Virus record (IMG/VR): IMGVR_UViG_3300034418_011988
From: an uncultured virus (IMG/VR IMGVR_UViG_3300034418_011988)
Taxonomy: Duplodnaviria; Heunggongvirae; Uroviricota; Caudoviricetes
DNA length: 64,000 nucleotides
Reading direction: 5' to 3' (one strand)
Shown here: piece after piece, positions 33,612 through 42,808 of the stretch
Layout: every line of letters starts with the position of its first letter
Numbering within the stretch: the first letter of the stretch is position 1
Notes under the pieces: model-generated
Seen by the model: only the letters and a program-made list of their open reading frames with translations
Database searches by the model: none
Told to the model about the DNA's origin: nothing
Position numbers and translations under genes: made by a program

Positions 33612-34004
33612 TTACGCCGCCTTTTTCTTGGCGTAGTACGCCTTGCTGTAAGCGCGTTGCTTGTCCTTGTTCCGGCTCTGCCAGTCCTTGGTGGCGCAGA
33701 GCTTGGAGCAGTAGCGGCGCTGCTTGCCTTTCAGGCGCTTGTCACAGTGGACGCAGGAGGGCTTCTGAGCGGCTTTCGCCTTTGCCTTGGCCCGTGAGCC
33801 GCGGGCCGTGGCTTTCGGCTTCTGAGGCGCTTCCTGGGCTTCCTCATCGGCCATTTCGATCTTGGCTTTCTCAACGAGAAGCCGGGTGCGCGCTGCGACG
33901 AGGAGGAGCGTGTCTCGGGAGACGTTGCCGGTTTGGAAAAACTCTTGGCTCAGCTCAAAGCAGTCGCTGAGCAGTTCTGAGAGGAGGCTGTCTTCTTTAG
34001 TCAT
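33612..34004 (-). CDS. Basic protein with a C-terminal zinc finger
   Basis: CVHC...RRYCSKLC. Confidence 0.65.
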   Translation of the reverse strand: MTKEDSLLSELLSDCFELSQEFFQTGNVSRDTLLLVAARTRLLVEKAKIEMADEEAQEAPQKPKATARGSRAKAKAKAAQKPSCVHCDKRLKGKQRRYCSKLCATKDWQSRNKDKQRAYSKAYYAKKKAA

Positions 34005-34054
34005 AAGATTAATCCCATGCAGCAGGGGTGAAAAAAACGTAGGGCGTTTCGGCC

Positions 34055-34219
34055 CTATTCTCCGGGGTTGAAGGGTTTGCGAGAGCGGTAGCCTTTGTAG
34101 ACGTCGAACATGAGGCGCAGTTGGCCGCTGATCGTGCGTCCTTCGCTCTTGCTGATGGCTCTGATCTCGTCGTAGACCTCACGGGGGACCAGAACCGATT
34201 TCCAGCGGGTGGTATCCAT
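34055..34219 (-). CDS. 54-aa ribbon-helix-helix-like DNA-binding protein (not in the ORF track)
   Basis: MDTTRWKSVLVPREVYDEIRAISKSEGRTISGQLRLMF...; AGGAG RBS, own promoter TTGACT-17-GACAAT and downstream hairpin/T7. Confidence 0.65.
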   Translation of the reverse strand: MDTTRWKSVLVPREVYDEIRAISKSEGRTISGQLRLMFDVYKGYRSRKPFNPGE

Positions 34220-34276
34220 AGTGGCTCCTAACAAATCTGCTGCGATTGTCTAGGAAAGTATGCGCTTAGTCAAGTT

Positions 34277-34327
34277 AAAAAAGCCCCGCCAGGGCAAAGA
34301 GAGAGAGGAGAAACCCCTGGCGAGGCA
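34277..34327 (-). terminator. Intrinsic terminator after the DNA polymerase gene, with a long CU-rich loop
   Basis: GCCTCGCCAGGG-loop-CCCTGGCGGGGC-T6. Confidence 0.7.
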
Positions 34328-34355
34328 ATGGTTTGAGACCGGCAGCACGGAGAAA

Positions 34356-36248
34356 CTACTCGGCCTCGCCCCAACTGGGTCCGATTTCTATATCACACTT
34401 TGACGGAACTTCCAAAGGCACCGCCGTTTCCATGACCTGCGCGATCTCTTCCGCCTCAGCGCGATCAGTGACCGACATGGCCAGCTCGTCGTGGACTTGG
34501 AGCATGGGGAGCTTGCCGGCTTTGTAGAGGTTGACCATGGCTTGCTTGGTCATATCGGCCGCAGAGGCCTGGATCAGGCGGTTCAAAGCCTTGTAAGTGT
34601 AGGCGCGCTTGAGCCGGGTCGTGGCCCCGTAGGTGTCGATGGCCTCTTTGTACGGGAGCGCCTTGTTCATCTTGAAGGTGTCCGGCTCCCAAAGGTCGAA
34701 GCGGCACTTGCGGCCCAGCAGGGAGCGGACGCTGCCGCCGCTGGCTTTGTCGTTGAGCCGGTTGGTCACGCCGTTCATGAGCGCTTTCACGAAGGGCACC
34801 CGGTCGTGGTATTGGCGCACCAGCCCCTTGGCCTCGTCCAGGGGGATGTCAAGCTGCTCTGAAAGCTTGCCCACCCCCATGCCGTACATCATGCCCAGGT
34901 TGATGGTCTTGGCCTGCTTCCGCGAAATCTTGGCCATTTCCGCCACCATGGTGTGGAAGTCCATGTCGGGATTGTGGGTGTAGCCCTCGACAAACTCCTT
35001 TACGCCTTCCAGGGGCATGCCCCGGCTCTTGCCGTAGACATGGGCGTAGTGGACCAGTATCCGCGGCTCCTGCTGGGAGAAGTCGATGGCCGCCCACTGG
35101 TCGCCCTCTTCGGGCAAGAACAGGCTGCGGATCATGGGGCCCAGCTCTGGATCGCGGGCCGGGATTTGTTGGAGGTTGGGCGAGTTCATGCTGATGCGCC
35201 CGGAGACCGTGCCGCCGTCGTCCGAGCGAATTTGGTTGATATGGCTGTGGATGCGGCCGTCTTTGTGCGTGTGCTTCATGATCGTGTTGATGAAGGTGCC
35301 ACTGGTCTTGTTCAGAGCCCTGGCTTGCACGATGAGCTTGGGCAGCTCATGGGGGTGGTCCGTCAGGAAAGACTTGGTAAACGAGGGCGCGCCCTTCTCT
35401 GTCTTGGGGTAGCTCACCCCCGCCTTATCAAAAGCTTTGGCCAGGGACTGGGCCGCCCAGATTTCGACGGTCTGGCCCGTGAGCCGTTTGATCTGGCCCA
35501 TGACGTCTTTCTCGCGCTTGAGCAGCGCGTCCCGGGTGCGCTCCACCTTGTCCATGTCCACGCGGATGCCGCGCCATGTCATGTCCACAAGGCACGGCAG
35601 GAGGTCCAGTTCGAGGTTGGCGATCTGCCAGAGGTCTTCCTTGCCAAGCTGCACACTGAGGTAGGACCACAGCTCCAAGGTCAGGGTGGCGTCGCCCTCG
35701 GCGTAGGGGCCGACAAACGCTGCCGGCATCTTCCACATCTCGCCCTTGGGGTCGAGGCCAAACTCTCGGGCGGCTTCGTTCAAGCCCTTCTCGCTCTTCA
35801 CCTTGTTGAGGTGGTCATAGGCCAGGGAGTTCAGGCTGTAGCTGAAGCGGTTCTCGTCGAGCAGGGATGCGATGAGCATCGTGTCGATGATGCGGCCATT
35901 GATCTGAAAGCCCATGCGCCGAATCCAGCCGGCGTCATACTGGGCGTTGTGCATGATCTTGTCTGCCGGGCACTCGAAGACTTTCTTCAGCCACTTGTTG
36001 ACGATGCGCTCATCCAGATTGCCGCCGCCCAGATGGCGCACGGGAATGTATCCAGACCACTCTTCCGTGGCGATGGCGTACCCGACTACCTCACCGTTGC
36101 CCACGGCCCAGCCCGGGCCGCTGTTTTTCAGGTCCGGGTCTTTGGTTTCGACGTCGATAGCGATGCGCTTGGCACCGGTCAAATCGGGGAGTTCATGAGG
36201 TGGCACCCACTCGCTCTGCTGGCCCATCATCACTAACTGCAAACTCAT
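34356..36248 (-). CDS. polA: Family A DNA polymerase with 3'-5' exonuclease
   Basis: Exo I DVET, HNAQYD, YAEGD; GRISMNSPNLQQIP; motif A DFSQQEPR; motif B RKQAKTINLGMMYG; motif C QVHDEL. Confidence 0.95.
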   Translation of the reverse strand: MSLQLVMMGQQSEWVPPHELPDLTGAKRIAIDVETKDPDLKNSGPGWAVGNGEVVGYAIATEEWSGYIPVRHLGGGNLDERIVNKWLKKVFECPADKIMHNAQYDAGWIRRMGFQINGRIIDTMLIASLLDENRFSYSLNSLAYDHLNKVKSEKGLNEAAREFGLDPKGEMWKMPAAFVGPYAEGDATLTLELWSYLSVQLGKEDLWQIANLELDLLPCLVDMTWRGIRVDMDKVERTRDALLKREKDVMGQIKRLTGQTVEIWAAQSLAKAFDKAGVSYPKTEKGAPSFTKSFLTDHPHELPKLIVQARALNKTSGTFINTIMKHTHKDGRIHSHINQIRSDDGGTVSGRISMNSPNLQQIPARDPELGPMIRSLFLPEEGDQWAAIDFSQQEPRILVHYAHVYGKSRGMPLEGVKEFVEGYTHNPDMDFHTMVAEMAKISRKQAKTINLGMMYGMGVGKLSEQLDIPLDEAKGLVRQYHDRVPFVKALMNGVTNRLNDKASGGSVRSLLGRKCRFDLWEPDTFKMNKALPYKEAIDTYGATTRLKRAYTYKALNRLIQASAADMTKQAMVNLYKAGKLPMLQVHDELAMSVTDRAEAEEIAQVMETAVPLEVPSKCDIEIGPSWGEAE

Positions 36249-36475
36249 TCATCCTCCCCACGCCGCGGCGGCGGTGTAAATGGCGAAAGCTCGCCGGTTT
36301 TCATGTCCATGATCTGTATGCGGGGCTCAGCTTCGAGAATGTTCTTCTGAACCCGGGCAAGGTACTTCAAGCCCTTTTCGATGGTGTCCAGGGCTTCGGC
36401 CAGAGTCATCTTGCCGTGCTCAACCTGCTCGGTGATCTCGTCGATGCGCGCAAGGTTCTGCTCTAGCTTGCTCAC
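36245..36475 (-). CDS. xseB: Exonuclease VII small subunit-like protein
   Basis: LEQNLARIDEITEQVEHGKMTLAEALDTIEKG..L......LEAE.RI follows the XseB pattern over its whole length. Confidence 0.65.
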   Translation of the reverse strand: MSKLEQNLARIDEITEQVEHGKMTLAEALDTIEKGLKYLARVQKNILEAEPRIQIMDMKTGELSPFTPPPRRGEDE

Positions 36476-36627
36476 AGCTCTTCCTCGTCCTCTGGCTCGG
36501 GCAGATACACGAATACCAAGCTATGGCAGTTGGGGCAGTGGAAGTTTGAGCAGATGGTGTAGCCGTCCATTTCTGAATCTTCATCACCGCCCCAGATAAC
36601 TTCGGTGTTGCAATGCCAGCAGTTCAT
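36472..36627 (-). CDS. 51-aa zinc-ribbon protein (not in the ORF track)
   Basis: MNCWHC...CPNC; GAGGAG RBS; ATGA/GTGA overlaps with both neighbours. Confidence 0.7.
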   Translation of the reverse strand: MNCWHCNTEVIWGGDEDSEMDGYTICSNFHCPNCHSLVFVYLPEPEDEEEL

Positions 36628-38135
36628 AGGTCATAGCTCCTCGAAATGTCCTCAGGCTCCACGATGTAGAGGTTCTGCTTGGTCCGGGTCACGCCCACGT
36701 AGAACATCCGGTGGACGTCATCGGCGTTCACGCGCATATCTGCATCGGCGGCTGGGCTCAGGTCCGTGAACAGCACGACGTTGTCCGCCTCCCCGCCCTT
36801 TGACCCGTGGATCGTGGACACCGTAATCCGGGGCACCCCATTGAACTTCTCGCCGCGACGCAGCATGGCCACAATGTAGGCACGGTCCCGCTCGGGCAGC
36901 TTGTCCATGGCTTCGTGCCAAATCAGCTCGTCACCAATGACCAGACCGTGCTGGAGCTGGAGCTGAGCGAGGTTCAGCATTTGGTTGTCTTCGACGCCGG
37001 GGAGCTTCTTGAAGCCCCGGGCAATACGTGAGCCGGTGCTCATGTATGAATAAATCTTCCGCGCTGTCTCGCCCTTAATCTCCTGGCCCTTGCGTAGCTG
37101 CTCCCAGCCGTTCACGGCGGCAGAGACTTTTTCTGACACGGACCGTGAGCCGCGGTAGTTGAAGAGGTAGCCGTTGGCCTTCAGGTCGTTGGCCACGGGC
37201 TGGAGCTGGTATCCCGCCTGGGACAGCACGAGCCATGAGCCGTGGGCCATGTCCAGCTCATTAACCGTCGAGCACCGCGCAACACGGCCAAGCTCTTCTT
37301 TGGGGTCATAGCGTTTTGGGAAGCGGCGCTGTATCCGGTTGGCTACAGACTCCGCCAGCATGTGTACGCTTTTCGGTACGCGGAAGGATTGGCTGAGCGT
37401 TTCGCTGCCGCCCGGGAGGTTGATGAAGTGATCAACGTCGGCCCCGGCCCAGCGGTAGATGGCTTGGTCGTCGTCCCCGGCGACGTACATGCGGTCGCTC
37501 TTGGCGTCGAGGATGTGCGCGATGTCCCACTGCATGGGGGACAGGTCTTGGGCTTCGTCGAGGAAGGTGAGCTTGAAGTGCGGGCACACCTGGGGGTTGT
37601 CGATAAAGACTTGGAGCATGTCGGTGAAGTCATAGAGCCCGAAGCGCTTCTTGTAGTTGTCGAGGGCCTTGGCGAGGTATTCGACTTTCACCCAATCGTC
37701 GCTGAGGTTGGAGCGGTTGTACTCGTCCCGCAGGTTGGTCTTCTTGAGCCGGGCGAGGTTGATGAGGCCCAGGATGGGATCAGAGGCCTTGCTGGCTTCG
37801 ATGAGGTCATCGGCTTCTGTAACGCTGTCCGTTACGAGGGAGACGCCGGTGGCGGTCGCCAGCTCCCGGTAGTGCTCGCTCTGCATCACTTCGTCGGGGC
37901 GGATGCCTGAGTACATGAGGGCCATGCTGTGCAGGGTTCTGAAATTAACTAGGTCGTGCTTGGGGTCTAGGCCAAAGCGGAGCGCTGCGCGCTCCTTGGC
38001 TTCGTTGGCGGCCTTCTTGGTGAAGGCTAGAAAGGCTATGTCCTGTGGATTAGTCCCGGCCTCCAGGGCCTCGTCCACCATATTCAGAAGTGTCGTTGTT
38101 TTTCCTGTCCCCGGCGGTCCGAAAATCCGAAACAT
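36624..38135 (-). CDS. Superfamily 1 (UvrD/Rep-like) helicase
   Basis: GPPGTGKT, DEAQD, GDDDQAIY, STIHGSKGGE, YVGVTR; start inferred at MFRIFG (38135). Confidence 0.9.
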   Translation of the reverse strand: MFRIFGPPGTGKTTTLLNMVDEALEAGTNPQDIAFLAFTKKAANEAKERAALRFGLDPKHDLVNFRTLHSMALMYSGIRPDEVMQSEHYRELATATGVSLVTDSVTEADDLIEASKASDPILGLINLARLKKTNLRDEYNRSNLSDDWVKVEYLAKALDNYKKRFGLYDFTDMLQVFIDNPQVCPHFKLTFLDEAQDLSPMQWDIAHILDAKSDRMYVAGDDDQAIYRWAGADVDHFINLPGGSETLSQSFRVPKSVHMLAESVANRIQRRFPKRYDPKEELGRVARCSTVNELDMAHGSWLVLSQAGYQLQPVANDLKANGYLFNYRGSRSVSEKVSAAVNGWEQLRKGQEIKGETARKIYSYMSTGSRIARGFKKLPGVEDNQMLNLAQLQLQHGLVIGDELIWHEAMDKLPERDRAYIVAMLRRGEKFNGVPRITVSTIHGSKGGEADNVVLFTDLSPAADADMRVNADDVHRMFYVGVTRTKQNLYIVEPEDISRSYDL

Positions 38136-38295
38136 CCCCGTTCTCCTGTTCACCCAAGATGGCATCAATGCCGCGCACGATTTGCCGCACCCGCTCCCTT
38201 GAAAGGTTGAAGCGTTTGCCGATGGCTTCGAGGGTCATGCGCTCGTCCCTACGCAGCCTGCGTATTTCGCGGTTTCTCGGCGTGTCGATCTTCAT
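38050..38295 (-). CDS. Stand-alone sigma70 region 4-like HTH protein
   Basis: TLEAIGKRFNLSRERVRQI; TGATG coupling with the primase gene. Confidence 0.7.
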   Translation of the reverse strand: MKIDTPRNREIRRLRRDERMTLEAIGKRFNLSRERVRQIVRGIDAILGEQENGDVSDFRTAGDRKNNDTSEYGGRGPGGRD

Positions 38296-39833
38296 CAGAA
38301 AGGCGCCTTCTCCTGTGCCCCAAACTCCGGTGCGTCCAACTGGATGCTGCCGTTATTGAAGGCCGGGATGCGCCACACGCGCACGGCCCGGCCCTTGATC
38401 TTCAGCACCACGCTCTCGCCCTGGATGTCCCGCAGGCGCTGAGCGATCTTGTGACTCTTGTACTCGAAGAACTTCTGCTTACGCAGGAAGGCCTCAAAGT
38501 CTCTGAGGCGGAAGTAGCTGAAGCCCTGCTCCTCATCGGTCCACGGGCGGCGGAGCAAGATTTCTTCTTTGTCCTGGGCTTGCTGAAGGTTCTGGCAAAA
38601 GTCCTCAAGATAATCGTAGAACTGCCCAGAGGTGCTGGCGTCCTGGGCCACTTCGATAATAGCACCCTCGTTCTCACGCATTTCCGACAGCAGGGTCGCG
38701 ACGCGGTTCTCCCAGCCCAGCTTGTTCATGGCCTTGGGCAGGAAGTTGAGCTGTTCCATGCACACCTTCTGGAAGGCGCTCTGGTTGTGCAGCGTTTCCG
38801 TATCCAGCTCTAGGGGCTCGCCGTTGACGTCGAGGAACCACACGGGCGGGACAGAGTTGTACTTGCGCAGGTTGGCGATGGCCGCGTTTGATACGGCAGC
38901 GCCGATGCCAAACTTCCGGGTCTGGCACAGGTCTTTGTTGCAGTGCCCGCAGATGGGCTCGTCGGAGCAGCGGTAAGCGTAGTCCTTCTTTTCCACCTGT
39001 TTCACGACGGTGTTCAGCTCCGCCAGCGGCAGCGGCGGGTTCAAATACTTCATGTTGTGTTCGAGGATTTTGTCCTGCCAATCGTCTGGATGGGCCTTGC
39101 GCAGATACACGCCGATGTTGAACAGGCCGTTGTTCCTGCCGCCCTCGCTGATCGTTTCCTTGCACAGAATCTGAAGGCACGGCGGGCCGTCTTTGATGGC
39201 CACCTGCTCCTTGGGCTTGGTGTTCTGGAGCGCGATGATTTGTTCTTCGGTCTGAACGTGCGCGTCGTAAAGCTCAATGAACTCGTCCAGGGTGGCCGAG
39301 GTGCCGTCGTCCTTGATGGCGTAGCGCAGACCATCTTCCGCGTCGTAATAGGGCAGGTTCAGGAAGTTGCCGACGTCCCCGCGATCTAGGTTAAGCCTGA
39401 TCTGCTTGGGGAATATCTCGCTGCCGGAATAGCCTAGCTGCGCCGCCACCATGGTCAGCGTCTTTTGCATGTCCTTGGCGGTCACCCAGGACTTCGCAAA
39501 CAGGAAGCAGTGCGCGCCGCCGCTCTTGGACCGGCACACCACCAGAGGCAGCTTGTCTGCCCGAATCTTGGACACCAGCGCCGTGTGGTCTAGCGGGTAC
39601 TGGTCTATGTCTATGCAGCCCCAAACGCAGTTGGACTCCGCGTTGATGGGGATGATGCCGATTGCATTGCCTTTGCCACTGAGGTGGCCTTCCCACAGCT
39701 CCGTGGTCCGTGGTTCGCGGACGACGCCGGCTTTACCCGTGTTCTTGCCGTTGTCCTGCCGCTTCTCAATCTTATAGGTGCCGTAGGCTTCCTTCAGGCC
39801 ATCGAATATGGCCATGAACTTTTCGACTTGCAT
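38295..39833 (-). CDS. Primase (AEP-like, with PriCT-like domain)
   Basis: CIDID, SKSGGAH, NLPY, PPC...EGGRNNGLF. Confidence 0.75.
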   Translation of the reverse strand: MQVEKFMAIFDGLKEAYGTYKIEKRQDNGKNTGKAGVVREPRTTELWEGHLSGKGNAIGIIPINAESNCVWGCIDIDQYPLDHTALVSKIRADKLPLVVCRSKSGGAHCFLFAKSWVTAKDMQKTLTMVAAQLGYSGSEIFPKQIRLNLDRGDVGNFLNLPYYDAEDGLRYAIKDDGTSATLDEFIELYDAHVQTEEQIIALQNTKPKEQVAIKDGPPCLQILCKETISEGGRNNGLFNIGVYLRKAHPDDWQDKILEHNMKYLNPPLPLAELNTVVKQVEKKDYAYRCSDEPICGHCNKDLCQTRKFGIGAAVSNAAIANLRKYNSVPPVWFLDVNGEPLELDTETLHNQSAFQKVCMEQLNFLPKAMNKLGWENRVATLLSEMRENEGAIIEVAQDASTSGQFYDYLEDFCQNLQQAQDKEEILLRRPWTDEEQGFSYFRLRDFEAFLRKQKFFEYKSHKIAQRLRDIQGESVVLKIKGRAVRVWRIPAFNNGSIQLDAPEFGAQEKAPF

Positions 39834-39888
39834 AAATCCCCCGGATGGAAGTCCCGCGGGCCGTGGGCCGACCCGCGGGGGTTAAGCT

Positions 39889-40665
39889 TTAGAACGGTAG
39901 GTCGTCGTCTCCGACAGCCGACTCGTCGGTGTGCTTAACCACTACTTCCCCGGCCATGATGGACTCAGAGAATTCCTTCGCGCGCTTGTAGAGGGCGCCA
40001 TCGGTGATGGGGCCTTCCCGGCTGATTTCCCAGCCGTGCCAAGAGCCTTTGGAGTTTTCTTCGCCCACGGTCTTGAGGTGGTAGATGTGGGAGAAGCGGG
40101 GCGGGGTGAACGGACCGTTCTTACCCTGCATGACCACGGACTGCATCATGCTGTTCCACTTCCGCGACTTCTTGAGCTGGGTGCTCTTCATCGCGATGAG
40201 AGCCGTTTCAGCGCTGCCGTCTTCGTTCAGGATGATGACGAAGTGCTGGTGGGTCTCTTCGATGTAGGAGCCGTCCCCATCGACAACGTAGTCCTTGTTG
40301 TCGTCGGCGCTGCGCTCGGTCTTGGGCCGCGCATCGTTGGGCTCGAAGATAGCGATAGGCGCACCGCTGCCCGTGCCCCGGGGGGCCCACTGGATGAAGC
40401 GGCGCTGGTAGGCGCAGGGGATGACGCGGACGCCGTCCTTGCCCTTGTAGATCGTGCCGCTGACCGTGTTGTAGATGTCACCCTTGCGGGCGGTTTCATG
40501 CTCGTCGAGCACGGGGTCGTTACCGGACAGGACTTTGAGGAACGGGAGGGCGAGGTCTTCCTGGCCCATGTTCTCCATGCCTTTGCCGGCATCTTCCTCG
40601 AACATACCGATGTCGAAAATGGCAACGGCGTTTTCTTCTTTCTCAGCAACAGCTTTGCTAGTCAT
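39889..40665 (-). CDS. Putative ssDNA-binding protein
   Basis: DLALPFLKVL...MKSTQLKKSRKWN; acidic DDDLPF C-terminus; replication operon. Confidence 0.6.
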   Translation of the reverse strand: MTSKAVAEKEENAVAIFDIGMFEEDAGKGMENMGQEDLALPFLKVLSGNDPVLDEHETARKGDIYNTVSGTIYKGKDGVRVIPCAYQRRFIQWAPRGTGSGAPIAIFEPNDARPKTERSADDNKDYVVDGDGSYIEETHQHFVIILNEDGSAETALIAMKSTQLKKSRKWNSMMQSVVMQGKNGPFTPPRFSHIYHLKTVGEENSKGSWHGWEISREGPITDGALYKRAKEFSESIMAGEVVVKHTDESAVGDDDLPF

Positions 40666-41244
40666 TTACTTGCTCCTTTTGATGACTGCGCGTTGTCCAA
40701 CATAGGCACCGAATAGCTCCATGGGGAACTCATCCCCTGCTTCTACGCGCTCTTTAACGAACGCGCGCAGGGTCTGCGGATGCACTTCTGTTTTCTGTTC
40801 CGCGAAATAGCCTTCTTTTTCAGCGAAAGCGGCAAAAGCTGATGCCCTGTCGTCTTCACCCCGGCCAAACGAACACGCAACGGTGTTCTTGATGATGTCG
40901 TCGTAGCCGTGCTCACGCAGCCATTCAAAAGCAGCAGGCCGATTATCGACCTTAATGGAGGCCCCGTAGGTTGGCTTTACTTCGACGGTGCTGCCATCGT
41001 CCAAGCTGAAGCTAGACAGACCAAGCTCTTGCAGCATTGCCGGCAAGTCTTCATCCGTAAGCTTGAGCAGCTCCTTCTTGTACTCCTTGAGTTGCTCTTC
41101 AACATTGGCGATGCGGTCTTCCGCGGCGCGGATAGCGCGAGCTATCTCGGCAACGGACCCCAGGCCTTGCTGGCTGACTTTCTCGACAGCCGTTGCGGAG
41201 GCTTCCTCAAAGTCGGCCTCCATTTCAGCGAGCAAATCGCTCAT
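40666..41244 (-). CDS. Conserved replication-module protein
   Basis: LPAMLQELG...WLREHGYDDIIKN...VHPQTLRAFVKE. Confidence 0.7.
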   Translation of the reverse strand: MSDLLAEMEADFEEASATAVEKVSQQGLGSVAEIARAIRAAEDRIANVEEQLKEYKKELLKLTDEDLPAMLQELGLSSFSLDDGSTVEVKPTYGASIKVDNRPAAFEWLREHGYDDIIKNTVACSFGRGEDDRASAFAAFAEKEGYFAEQKTEVHPQTLRAFVKERVEAGDEFPMELFGAYVGQRAVIKRSK

Positions 41245-41305
41245 ACCCTTCTCCTTTCGTGGTTTGGGGCGCCGTTAGGGCCCCGATTCATCAACCCACC
41301 GCGGG

Positions 41306-41346
41306 TTGACAAAGTCGTTTATATTCTTATAGGATTGGCTTGTCAA
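41306..41346. promoter_or_regulatory. Overlapping divergent sigma70 promoters
   Basis: Minus: TTGACA-17-TATAAA; plus: TTGACA-18-TAGGAT. Confidence 0.7.
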
Positions 41347-41356
41347 CTGTTTTGAG

Positions 41357-42808
41357 GTGACCGTGACTTACGAGTTCAAAACCAAGCCCTTCGATCACCA
41401 GCGCCGCGCCTTCGATGAGTCGTGGGCCGCGGGCTACTACGCGCTGATGATGGAAATGGGGACGGGAAAAACGAAGGTCGCCATCGACACCATGGGTGCG
41501 CTGTATGAAGCGGGGAAGATCAATGCCGCTTTGATCGTCGCGCCCAAGGGGGTCTACGACAACTGGGTCAAGGGCGAGATACCGCTGCACCTGCCTGACC
41601 GCATACCCAGAACGGTAACACGGTGGAGCCCGAAAACCACAAAAACGTACCAAGAAGAATTGCGCGAGCTGATTTACGGCGACGCTGACGGCATGAAGAT
41701 TTTCGTCATGAACGTCGAGGCCTTTAGTACGCGCAAAGGTGTGGGGGTGGCCGGCACCTTTCTGGAAAAGAACCCTGACAGCATCATCATCGTGGACGAG
41801 AGCACGACCATCAAAAACAAGGGGGCGGCTCGCACCCGCAATCTGATCAACGTCGGCAAGCTCGCCCGCTTCAAACGCATCATGACAGGCTCTCCTGTGA
41901 CGAAAAGTCCAATGGACCTGTACAGCCAATGCCTTTTTTTGAGCCCTAAGGCGCTTGGCTACAACAGCTATTTCGCATTTCAGGCCCGTTATGCGGTGGT
42001 GCGCCGCCGGCAGATGGGCCACAAAAGCTTCCAAGAGATTGTTGGCTACCGCCGACTGGATGAGCTGAACCAGAAGCTGGACCGCTTCAGCAACCGGGTA
42101 CTCAAGGAGGACTGCCTTGATCTGCCCGAAAAGACATACCAGAAAAGGTATGTCGAGCTGACGGACGAGCAGGCCACCCTATACATGCAGATGAAGAAGA
42201 TGGCCCTGGCGCAGCTTGATAGCGGAGAGCTAGCCACGACCCAGAGCGTCCTGACGCAAATCATGCGACTTCAGCAGATTTGTTGCGGGTTTTTGCAGCC
42301 TGACGACGGGGAAATTGAGCCCGTCCCTAACCACAGGCTGCGGGAGCTGATGGACGTTGTGGATGAAGTTCAAGGCAAGGCGATAATCTGGGCGTCGTAC
42401 ACGTATGACATCCAACGCATCGCTTCTGCCTTGCGCGACCGCTTTGGGCCCGAAGCGGTCGCAACCTATTACGGCGAAACGCCCCAGGATGAGCGCCAGG
42501 AAATCGTCAACCGCTTCCAGAACAAGGAAGACCCCCTGCGCTTCTTCGTGGGCCAGCCCCGCACCGGCGGCTACGGCATCACGCTCCACGCTGCCAACAC
42601 GGTCATCTACTTCTCGAACAGCTACGATCTGGAAATCAGGCTCCAGTCTGAGGACCGGGCCCATCGTATCGGACAGAAGAATGCGGTGACCTACATTGAC
42701 CTTGTGTCCCCCAACACCATTGACGAAAAGATCATCAAGGCGCTGAGGGACAAGGTCGATCTGGCTGGGCGCGTCCTAGGCGAGGAAGCCCGGGACTGGC
42801 TTACCTAG
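41357..42808 (+). CDS. SNF2-family (SF2) helicase
   Basis: EMGTGKT, DES, MTGSP, GYGITL, QSEDRAHRIGQ. Confidence 0.9.
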   Translation: MTVTYEFKTKPFDHQRRAFDESWAAGYYALMMEMGTGKTKVAIDTMGALYEAGKINAALIVAPKGVYDNWVKGEIPLHLPDRIPRTVTRWSPKTTKTYQEELRELIYGDADGMKIFVMNVEAFSTRKGVGVAGTFLEKNPDSIIIVDESTTIKNKGAARTRNLINVGKLARFKRIMTGSPVTKSPMDLYSQCLFLSPKALGYNSYFAFQARYAVVRRRQMGHKSFQEIVGYRRLDELNQKLDRFSNRVLKEDCLDLPEKTYQKRYVELTDEQATLYMQMKKMALAQLDSGELATTQSVLTQIMRLQQICCGFLQPDDGEIEPVPNHRLRELMDVVDEVQGKAIIWASYTYDIQRIASALRDRFGPEAVATYYGETPQDERQEIVNRFQNKEDPLRFFVGQPRTGGYGITLHAANTVIYFSNSYDLEIRLQSEDRAHRIGQKNAVTYIDLVSPNTIDEKIIKALRDKVDLAGRVLGEEARDWLT

